From an uncultured Gammaproteobacteria bacterium (GTDB lineage: Bacteria; Patescibacteriota; Microgenomatia; UBA12405; UBA6130), in contig CAZIOQ010000055.1 in NCBI GenBank assembly GCA_964540975.1, positions 1 to 38,060 of the forward strand: a stretch of DNA of 38,060 nucleotides. The letters are read 5' to 3'. The translations under genes were made by a program, and so were the position numbers. Under the pieces are notes generated by a model that was given only the letters and a program-made list of their open reading frames with translations, searched no databases and was not told where the DNA came from. Every line of letters begins with the position of its first letter. Position 1 is the first letter of the stretch. Below, piece by piece: positions 17,488 to 24,538 of this stretch.

Positions 17488-17883
17488 TCACTGTGGGTCA
17501 AGATGAAGCAGACTCTGCTTTGCCGGCGAGGAGGCAGTATTCTCCCTAGGCGCCAACCTGTTTTCGCCTCTTAGGTGGACGGATATATTAGGTTTCCAAA
17601 AATGGGATTTTAAATCAACCTGGAATTTGCCAATAAATTTTATTTCCTCTTTTTTTAATTTTTCTTTTTGGGTTTTTGCTCCGCCGAAGCTGTAATTTTT
17701 TGCCAAAAAACCAAAGCGATTAATTACCCGATGACAAGGAATATTTTTATCTTTATTGGCATGAAGTGCCCAGCCGACAATTCTTGAATCTTTGATTCTC
17801 AAAGCTTTGGCAATTTCTCCGTAAGTAGTTACTTTGCCTTTGGGAATTTTGGCAACTAAATTGCGAATTTTTCTAAAAGTCAT
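17488..17883 (-). CDS. MGMT-family (Ogt C-terminal domain only) alkyltransferase-like protein with an aberrant C-terminal extension
   Basis: Contains TTYGEIA and IPCHRVI (active-site PCHR). The family-like sequence ends near FWKPN. The last ~32 codons read through the 39-nt repeat motif. Confidence 0.85.
   Translation of the reverse strand: MTFRKIRNLVAKIPKGKVTTYGEIAKALRIKDSRIVGWALHANKDKNIPCHRVINRFGFLAKNYSFGGAKTQKEKLKKEEIKFIGKFQVDLKSHFWKPNISVHLRGENRLAPRENTASSPAKQSLLHLDPQ
17545..17583 (+). repeat. 39-nt hairpin motif, copy A (second copy at 24352..24390)
   Basis: cctaggcgccaacctgttttcgcctcttaggtggacgga versus cctaggtgtcaacctgtttccaccttttaggtggacgga. Identity is 34/39, all five differences are transitions, and both copies have the same orientation. 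Confidence 0.75.
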
Positions 17884-17962
17884 TAATTTTTACAAGATCA
17901 TATCTATCTAAATCTAATCTTTAAGGTTAGAATTTTCTCACTCAGACCCATTTTTTACCCTA

Positions 17963-18157
17963 TCACCTTAAGGCAGACACGATGCCTCTCGGTTCAGGAC
18001 ATCTTTTGAGGTCTTCCCGGGTGAGCGAGAGCTTTTCCGTTCTGTATTCCTCTTCAATCTCAACTGGGCCTACCCCTGGGTCACCCTTATGTCGCCCACC
18101 TAACTCTGATTCCCCTGACGGTTGAGTATTCTCAAGAACTCTATCTCTTTCTCTCAT
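17963..18157 (-). CDS. Orphan 64-aa ORF in a GC-rich block (coding status uncertain)
   Basis: AAAGGAG lies 8 nt upstream of the ATG, and TGATATAAT (18207-18215, minus strand) lies upstream of that. The composition is unlike neighbouring genes and no homology is recognised. Confidence 0.3.
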   Translation of the reverse strand: MRERDRVLENTQPSGESELGGRHKGDPGVGPVEIEEEYRTEKLSLTREDLKRCPEPRGIVSALR

Positions 18158-18439
18158 TGTTGATTATCTCCTTTGTCGGGTATATATCTGACATCTTCTA
18201 ACCCTTATTATATCATCTAGTTTCTAAGGTTGGAAAGGTACATCCAGAAGATGAGAAACATCACTGACGGTTCTCACTCAAACTATGTCAACGATGAAAA
18301 GGAGAAAAGATATATTCTCACTGCCATAGATTATCTCCATAAGATTGGTTATGCCAGAGTATACAAAATGGCTTCTTCTTTGTCTGCTTTTGATTTTCTT
18401 TTGAGATTAAATGTTTTGGGTGTTGGTTAAAGGAAAAAT

Positions 18440-18592
18440 TGCCAACTCCATTTAAGCCATGCTTTTTCCTACATCCAGGCTGAAGTGATTGCTGCTTATC
18501 GAAGAATGAAGAGTTTTAATGTTCGTTATCCTTTTGGTCTTGACGATAATGGTCTTCCCACAGAGAGGCTAACGGAGAGAGAAGAAAAAAAT
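18440..18592 (+). pseudogene. Class Ia aminoacyl-tRNA synthetase fragment (ValRS-like, HIGH-region) embedded in the transposase remnant
   Basis: Translation: QLHLSHAFSYIQAEVIAAYRRMKSFNVRYPFGLDDNGLPTERLTE. The GxDDNGLPTER block resembles type-2 ValRS as I recall it. Only about 50 codons are present. Confidence 0.55.
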
Positions 18593-18713
18593 AGACCCCT
18601 TTCAGACTGGAACGGGAATTTTTCTGGTTAAAACTGGAATAGATCTTCAAGCATCTCCACCTGGTAACTCGATCAATGGCAGGATACTAATAAAGTTTCC
18701 CCGGGAGATGCTG

Positions 18714-18844
18714 ATAGGTTACGAAACATTTTAGACATTGAGTAATTTGGATCATTACGCCAGGGTTTATCCTCTCTTTGGGTTTTAAATCACCCTTAGA
18801 CTACTTGTTTGAGAAAGGAGGGATGTCTAAAAAGTCTGTAACCT
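18714..18844 (+). repeat. 131-bp direct repeat, copy 1 (transposase C-terminus plus right terminus)
   Basis: Matches 24403..24533 at 129/131 positions by eye. Confidence 0.9.
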
Positions 18845-18849
18845 AATGC

Positions 18850-18877
18850 TTGACTTTTTTTGGAAAAATTCTAAAAT
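18850..18877 (+). promoter_or_regulatory. Sigma70-like promoter for the riboswitch-led transcript
   Basis: TTGACT (18850-18855), a 16-nt spacer, then TAAAAT (18872-18877). Confidence 0.45.
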
Positions 18878-18894
18878 GAAAACAGTTTAAAATT

Positions 18895-19022
18895 AAAAAT
18901 TGGTTTGAGCCACTGGCCAAATTTTGGCTGGGAAGGCTCCTTGTCTTTTTGACAAGCAGGGGAAACTGGCGAAATTCCAGTACTGTGCCGCAGCGGTATT
19001 GTCCGAAGACCGACCAATTTTT
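18895..19022 (+). promoter_or_regulatory. Cobalamin riboswitch (compact, no large P6 extension)
   Basis: A 10-bp P1 helix pairs AAAAATTGGT with ACCAATTTTT. The core reads GGGGAAACTGGCGAAATTCCAG, then ACTGTGCCGCAGCGGTA, then the B12 box GTCCGAAGACCGACC. This closely parallels the btuB leader and RF00174 consensus as I remember them. Confidence 0.8.
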
Positions 19023-19039
19023 TATCCCGAGCAGGATTT

Positions 19040-20059
19040 ATGAGCAAAGAAAATTTAGCTTGCGACCCAAAAAAATTTAAGGACAAATCTTTAAAAGAAA
19101 TTACCCTTGATTTGGGTTATTATGCTGCTGAACATGGTTTTTCTCCGGAAAATCTTGGCCAAAAAGGAATTTTTCTTATTGGTTATCAATATCTTGCCCA
19201 TCCCCCAAAAAACTCATTCTTAGCAATCAACCCATATGACAACCAACCATTGGCTAAAGATGTCAGAGACATGTTTGATACCACCAGCCTCCGGGGTCGG
19301 TTAGAAAAACAAGGATTTGAAAAACTGGTGGCAAAAATTTTTTCCTCTCCGCCAAAATCTTTTTTTATCTGGATTAGTCCTCCTGATCCCTATCCTTGGC
19401 CAAGGATTTATTTCGGCCAACTGGATCAGAAAAACGAAGATGGCAGTTTTTCTGTTGATGCTTTTGATTTTAACAATGATTTTAGCCAAGAAGAACTGGC
19501 GGCGATTTTATCTTTTTTTGACCCAACAATCAACCCAACAGTAACCAAAGATTTTATCTTAAATCCAGTGATTATTCCTAACCAGGAAGAAAAAACTTTT
19601 GTTGATCTCTTGACGCAAATCGAGACAGTGGTGAGACAAAAAAGAAAGGAGGAGAAAATTTTGATTCATCGGGTTCCTTTTAAGGAAGTAAAAAACCAAC
19701 TCAAGCATTTGGTCTGGCAAGAAAAATTAAAACAATTCAAAGTCCAAGGCGAATATCACAGCCAAATTATTTATCAGGCAATAAAAAATAACCGTTATCA
19801 TCAAGCCTTGTTGGCAGTAGCGGATTTTGAAATTGCCATCGCCAAAAAAGGTGGCTTTTTTGCTCCTGATTCAAGTTGCGGAAGAGCAATTTTCCAATTT
19901 TTAAATCAAGGCTTTAATTTAAGAGGTTTGCCCACAAGAGGAGTTTTCCTCAACCTAGAGCCTTTTCGATCAACCTGTCCAATTTGTGGCCAGCCGCTGC
20001 CAAAACCAATAGCAATAGGCGAATGCTGCCCTTGGTGCGGGACAGAAAGAAGATGTTGA
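19040..20059 (+). CDS. Hypothetical 339-aa protein with a C-terminal CxxC-x12-CCxxC zinc ribbon; the only gene downstream of the B12 riboswitch
   Basis: Clean ATG ORF with no TM segments apparent. It ends CPICGQPLPKPIAIGECCPWCG. No family recognised. Confidence 0.7.
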   Translation: MSKENLACDPKKFKDKSLKEITLDLGYYAAEHGFSPENLGQKGIFLIGYQYLAHPPKNSFLAINPYDNQPLAKDVRDMFDTTSLRGRLEKQGFEKLVAKIFSSPPKSFFIWISPPDPYPWPRIYFGQLDQKNEDGSFSVDAFDFNNDFSQEELAAILSFFDPTINPTVTKDFILNPVIIPNQEEKTFVDLLTQIETVVRQKRKEEKILIHRVPFKEVKNQLKHLVWQEKLKQFKVQGEYHSQIIYQAIKNNRYHQALLAVADFEIAIAKKGGFFAPDSSCGRAIFQFLNQGFNLRGLPTRGVFLNLEPFRSTCPICGQPLPKPIAIGECCPWCGTERRC

Positions 20060-20066
20060 ATTTGAT

Positions 20067-21659
20067 TCAGTCAAGAGAGGCAAATTTTTGCTTAATTAAC
20101 TTAAGATAAAAGTTAGCTTTAAAGGGATCATTTTTTTGTTGATAAAGAAGGACTAAATTTTCATAAGCCTGAAGATAATTAGGATTAATTTCAATTGTCT
20201 TAAGCCAAAATTTCTCTGCCTGGTTAAGATTGCCTTGTTGATAATAAACCAGGCCAAGGTTAAAATAGGCGCGATCATAAAGGGGATTGATTGCAAGCTC
20301 TTTTTTGAACTCTTCTTCTGCTTGAGCAAAGAGCTTTTTTTCAAGATAAATCACCCCCAAATTGTTATGAGCCATTGGCTCTTGGGGATTTAAGGCTAAT
20401 GATTTTTTATATTCTTCCTCTGCTTTGTCAGTTAAGCCTGCCAAAAAATACATTACCCCTAAATTCCGATGAGCCAGAGGATGGGAAGGAGAGCGGGTAA
20501 CTGCCTCTTGCCAAAAAATCATCCGGTTTTTGAATTTTTCGCTCTGGCGAAAGGTGATTGAAGATAAGATGAGAATGATTGTTAGGGCCAAGAGAAGATG
20601 AAGTTTGTTTTTGGCAGAAAAAATTTTTAAAGGTTTTGTTTCTGCCAAAACAATCAAAAACCCAATCAAAGACAAATAAATTCGATGTTCATATAGAGAA
20701 AAACTAGCCTCAAGTTGGATTAGATTGGGAATTGAAAACAGAAGAAACCAAGAAAAACCAATCAAAAGACGGTTTAGTTGTTTGTCTTTGGTCAAGAAGA
20801 TAAGGATGGTTAAGAGGAGAAGGGCAAAAAGACCATAAGAAAAAGTGGTTTCTTTTAAAGTTGGCAAAACAGTTAAATTGAGAGGAAAAACAATTTTGCC
20901 TAAAAATTGAATTGTTGCTGGCAAGTTTCTAACAACAGAGGAAACAACATCGGCAAATCCGTAATCTAAGGGATTTTTTAAGCCAAAGCTTCTTAAGATA
21001 AACCAGAAAAACAAAATTATCAGCCAGCCTAAAAAAAGCAAAAGCAATCGGGGAGTAATGATTCTCTCTTTTTTCATTAGCCAAAGATAGAGCAGGGCTA
21101 ACATTGGTATCACCAAGGCTGATTCTTTAGTCAAGATAGCTAAGCCAAAAAGCAAAAGATGGTAAAAATAATCTTTTGTTTGGGATTTTTCAAAAAATTT
21201 GAACAAAAAGATAAAGCTTGAGAGAACAAAAATCGCCAGGAGAGAATCGTTTCTGCCCGGAATCCAAGCCACTGCTTGAGTTAAGACTGGATGGACAGTA
21301 AAAATAAGGGTTAGGAATAAAGCCTGATCGCAGGGGTATTTTAATCTTTTTAAGAAAGCGAAGACCAGGCAACTGGCGCCAAGATGAAGCAAGACATTGA
21401 CCAGATGATAACCCCAAGCCGAAGTGCCGCTCAATTGGCTGTTTAAAATAAAAGAAATGGTTAAAAGCGGCCGATAATAGGCAGTTGCTTGAGTGTTTAA
21501 AAAAGCATCGTGAGCAAAAGCAGCCAAAATATTGGCTAAATTTTTTATAAAATAAAAATTATCTAAAATCAAAACATTATCATCGAGATAGGTAAAATCA
21601 AAAAATAAAGTCTTAAAATAAAGCAAAAAGCCGACCAGGATAATTATTAGGTACCCCAT
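20067..21659 (-). CDS. Multi-pass membrane glycosyltransferase-like protein (PMT_2/TMTC-type) with C-terminal TPR repeats
   Basis: The N-terminus has FTYLDDNVLI and about 10 TM helices. The C-terminus has repeated TPR motifs (AHRNLGVMY, AHNNLGVIY, AYFNLGLVY). ATG 21659 is preferred over TTG 21704. Confidence 0.8.
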   Translation of the reverse strand: MGYLIIILVGFLLYFKTLFFDFTYLDDNVLILDNFYFIKNLANILAAFAHDAFLNTQATAYYRPLLTISFILNSQLSGTSAWGYHLVNVLLHLGASCLVFAFLKRLKYPCDQALFLTLIFTVHPVLTQAVAWIPGRNDSLLAIFVLSSFIFLFKFFEKSQTKDYFYHLLLFGLAILTKESALVIPMLALLYLWLMKKERIITPRLLLLFLGWLIILFFWFILRSFGLKNPLDYGFADVVSSVVRNLPATIQFLGKIVFPLNLTVLPTLKETTFSYGLFALLLLTILIFLTKDKQLNRLLIGFSWFLLFSIPNLIQLEASFSLYEHRIYLSLIGFLIVLAETKPLKIFSAKNKLHLLLALTIILILSSITFRQSEKFKNRMIFWQEAVTRSPSHPLAHRNLGVMYFLAGLTDKAEEEYKKSLALNPQEPMAHNNLGVIYLEKKLFAQAEEEFKKELAINPLYDRAYFNLGLVYYQQGNLNQAEKFWLKTIEINPNYLQAYENLVLLYQQKNDPFKANFYLKLIKQKFASLD

Positions 21660-21813
21660 TTTATTAAATTCAAAAATCAATCCGCCCCGCCAGCTGGCGG
21701 TCAAATATCAAAACTTTAGATTAATTGTCAATTTTTCTGGCAGAGCCAGATCTCGCTTCGCGAGACAATGACTCAATTTTTAAATAAGCAAAGCTTGTTT
21801 CTAACAAAATAAA

Positions 21814-21868
21814 TGAAAATTATTAAATTGAAAATTCAATGAAAATTGAGAATTGAAAAATGAAAATT
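21814..21868. repeat. Five clustered copies of TGAAAAWT in 55 bp
   Basis: Copies begin at 21814, 21829, 21840, 21854 and 21861. They lie between the GT2 stop codon and the TPR-protein start. Confidence 0.5.
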
Positions 21869-21880
21869 TAACTAGTAATA

Positions 21881-22633
21881 CTATATTCTAAATTCTAAAT
21901 GAATGAGTCTTTTTAGTAAATATTTCCCAGCGACTAAAAGAGTTCCCAAGCCATATTTTAAACTCCGCTTAAAATTAATCGAGGAGGCTTCGGGAAAATA
22001 GCGCACCGGAACAGGGATTTCGCCAATTCTAAAACCTTTTTCAATGATTTGGAACAAAATTTGGCTGTCAAAGACAAAATCATCAGAATTTTTTAGAAAA
22101 TCAATATTCTTCAAAACCTTTCTTTTGTAAGCTCTCATCCCAGTATGCCATTCGGAAAGGTTATAACCAGTGACCAGATTTTCAATAATGGTTAAAAATC
22201 GGTTGCCAAAATATTTATATAAAGGCATTCCGCCGGCTAAAGCCTCTTTTCGGCTTCTAATTCGTGATCCTAACATGACATCAAAATAGCCTTCGGCAAT
22301 AAACTCCACAAAATATTTGATTAATTTTGGGTCATATTGGTAGTCCGGATGAAGCATCACAATAATATCCGGTTGGTGTTTTAAAGCTAGGGTATAGCAA
22401 GTTTTTTGGTTAGCACCATAGCCTTTGTTTTGGGGATGCTTAAAAACGGTTAATTTTAATTTTTTGGCTAATTTGACCGTTTGATCACGGCTAGCGTCGT
22501 CAACCAAGATTATTTCATCAACATATTCTTTTGGGATTTCAGCGATTGTTTTTTCAAGGGTCTTGGCGGCGTTATAGGCAGGCAAAACGACGATTGTTTT
22601 GGATTTTTTAAAAGAATTAATCGTGATTGCCAT
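21881..22633 (-). CDS. Family 2 glycosyltransferase (dolichyl/polyprenyl-phosphate sugar synthase-like)
   Basis: Contains [15 protein letters not shown] and [12 protein letters not shown], with a DxD-type GT-A fold signature. Confidence 0.9.
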   Translation of the reverse strand: MAITINSFKKSKTIVVLPAYNAAKTLEKTIAEIPKEYVDEIILVDDASRDQTVKLAKKLKLTVFKHPQNKGYGANQKTCYTLALKHQPDIIVMLHPDYQYDPKLIKYFVEFIAEGYFDVMLGSRIRSRKEALAGGMPLYKYFGNRFLTIIENLVTGYNLSEWHTGMRAYKRKVLKNIDFLKNSDDFVFDSQILFQIIEKGFRIGEIPVPVRYFPEASSINFKRSLKYGLGTLLVAGKYLLKRLIHLEFRI

Positions 22634-22708
22634 AAATTTAATTTATAATAAGCGGTTTTCAGGAATGAAACAAGAGGAGTTTAGTTTTGTTAAAATTAAA
22701 GGGCTAAA

Positions 22709-22981
22709 ATGAAAGAGCGGTCAGAAGGCAGGAATCCGGAAGAAATTCCGGTAAAAGATTTAAGTCAGGACAGCAGGGTAATCCTGATTTCTCCTTTTCC
22801 TTTTAACGAAAGGGACTCCCGGTTTCATTTGACGGTTGAGGTTAGTGGGGAATTTATTAAGCGGTTGGATAGAGTAATAAGGGAAAATCGAAAAAAAGTG
22901 GTGGTTACTGTTGGCGAAAACGGTGTTTTGCTTGCCCAAACTTTTCCAATTACTCCAAAAACCATCCCTGGACCAATTTAG
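22709..22981 (+). CDS. Hypothetical protein, 90 aa
   Basis: ATG-initiated track ORF with no motif. Confidence 0.4.
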   Translation: MKERSEGRNPEEIPVKDLSQDSRVILISPFPFNERDSRFHLTVEVSGEFIKRLDRVIRENRKKVVVTVGENGVLLAQTFPITPKTIPGPI

Positions 22982-23007
22982 AGGACAGGAGAAAATGATG
23001 TTAAAAT

Positions 23008-24344
23008 TTGTTAATGGAGGATTTATCAGCAGTTATTCTTTTAGGCGGCGGCGCCAGTTCTCGTTTTGCTCCCTTTCAAGAGAAAAACCTCTTTTCGTTT
23101 TTAGGTAAATCTTTAGTTGAACACCAAGTGGCAAGATATAAGAAAAAAGGGTTGGGGAAAATTATTGTCGTTACTAATCAAGAAAATTTTTCTCAGATTA
23201 AAAAAATTGCCCGAAAAGAAGATAAAAAAATTGAAGTGGTTATTCAGAGGGGCGAGGGAATGGCCGGAGCGGTTTTAACTGGTTTATCTTTTCTTAAAGA
23301 AAGTCAACCGGTTCTGATTGCTAATATGAATGATCTTTTTGATGAATCGTTTTTTGAAAATTTTTCTAAAACTTTAAAACAAAAGGGAAAAATTAATCTT
23401 TTAATCGGCTATTACTGCCCAAGCTATTTTCCCGGCGGCTATTTGATTTTGAAAGGCAAGCGGGTTTTGGGCGTGATAGAAAAGCCTGGGGAAGGTAAAG
23501 AACCGTCAAAATATATCAAATTGGTTTTTGATTATTTTCCTGAGGCAAAAAAATTAGCCTTTTTCTTAAAAAACGCCAAAAGCAGCAAAGATGATGTTTA
23601 TGAAGTGGCTTTATCTAATATGATGGCGAAAAAAGAAGTGTTTTTGATGCTGGAGCATCGGGGAGTTTGGCAGACTTTGAAATACCCTTGGCATATTTTA
23701 GGGGTTCAGGAATATTTTTTAACCACGATTAAAAGGAATATTGCCAAAGACGTTCAGATTGCGGCGGGAGCGAAAATAATTGGTCCGGTGATTTTGGAAA
23801 AAGGAGTGAGGGTTTTTGAAAATGCGATTGTGAGAGGGCCGGCTTTTATTGGTTCAGGAACGATTGTGGGCAATGGAGTGCTGATAAGAGAATCATTAAT
23901 TGGTACAAATTGTGTTGTTGGTTACAACACCGAAATTGCCAGAAGTTATGTCGGCGAGGGTTGTTGGTTCCATTCAAATTATATCGGCGATTCGGTTTTA
24001 GGCAATAATATTTCCTTCGGCGCCGGCGCGATTACTGCCAATCTTCGTTTGGATGAACAAGAAATTAAAGTGGAGGTAAAAGGAGAAAAAATTAATACTG
24101 GCCGGAAAAAATTAGGCAGTATTATTGGCGATAATGTTCGGATTGGAATTAATGTCTGTTTGTGTCCAGGGGAAAAATTGGCCAAGGTTGTTTTGTTGGT
24201 CCGGGAGTGATTTTAAATCAAGATCTTGGAGAAGAGAGGTTTTTATCTTTAAAACAAACCCAGATTGTTAAAAGAAATCGTTTTGAAACAAGCGAAAAAC
24301 AAAGAAAAGCTTTTTTAGAAGCATTGACAAAATCAAAAAGATAG
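23008..24344 (+). pseudogene. Sugar-phosphate nucleotidyltransferase with a C-terminal left-handed beta-helix, split by a 1-nt frameshift in an A5 run
   Basis: The N-terminus reads AVILLGGGASSRF. Hexapeptide repeats run to GINVCLCPG and then continue in another frame as KIGQGCFVGPGVILNQD (ORF 24162..24344). One extra A at 24173-24177 would restore a single frame. Confidence 0.8.
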
Positions 24345-24351
24345 CCTCATT

Positions 24352-24390
24352 CCTAGGTGTCAACCTGTTTCCACCTTTTAGGTGGACGGA
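24352..24390 (+). repeat. 39-nt hairpin motif, copy B
   Basis: See copy A. Here a perfect 7-bp stem (TCCACCT ttt AGGTGGA) sits 8 nt after the stop codon at 24344. Confidence 0.75.
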
Positions 24391-24402
24391 GAGTGGGAAT
24401 GA

Positions 24403-24533
24403 ATAGGTTACGAAACATTTTAGACATTGAGTAATTTGGATCATTACGCCAGGGTTTATCCTCTCTTTGGGTTTTAAATCACCCTTAGACTACTTGTTTG
24501 AGAAAGGAGGAATGTCTAAAAAGTCTGTGACCT
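24403..24533 (+). repeat. 131-bp direct repeat, copy 2 (transposase C-terminal remnant)
   Basis: 129/131 identical to 18714..18844. Confidence 0.9.
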
Positions 24534-24538
24534 GTACG

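Larger units (their letters stand above)
18230..18845 (+). pseudogene. Decayed IS481/rve-type transposase remnant (core and C-terminus, multiple frames)
   Basis: RYILTAIDYLHKIGYARVY...AFDFLLRL is an rve-core-like segment. FQTGTGIF...GIDLQASPPGNSINGR is a degraded IQTDNGxEF...P.NG block. SLGFKSPLDYLFEKGG is a typical C-terminus. Stops and frame changes occur throughout. Confidence 0.7.

Noticed and set aside
17940-18160. Structured RNA (group II intron domain V, RNase P RNA, tmRNA) in the GC-rich block
   Set aside because: I could not find the conserved cores: the GAGGAAAGTCC-type P4 sequence, the DV AGC/GNRA hairpin, or a tRNA-like GGTTCGA...CCACCA end. Only short 4-5-bp stems are visible.
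18871-19086. Minus-strand 71-aa ORF, plus ORFs 5666..5875, 6634..6864, 11248..11466, 13047..13250, 14309..14539, 22911..23108 and 36979..37209
   Set aside because: These overlap the riboswitch, a promoter or intergenic AT-rich DNA, or the ends of better genes. They have low-complexity or hydrophobic junk composition and no ribosome-binding site.
17545-24390. CRISPR repeat or guide-RNA interpretation of the 39-nt hairpin motif
   Set aside because: There are only two copies, 6.8 kb apart. There is no repeat-spacer periodicity, and no cas, tnpB or iscB-like ORF in the window. It is retained as a repeat of unknown role.
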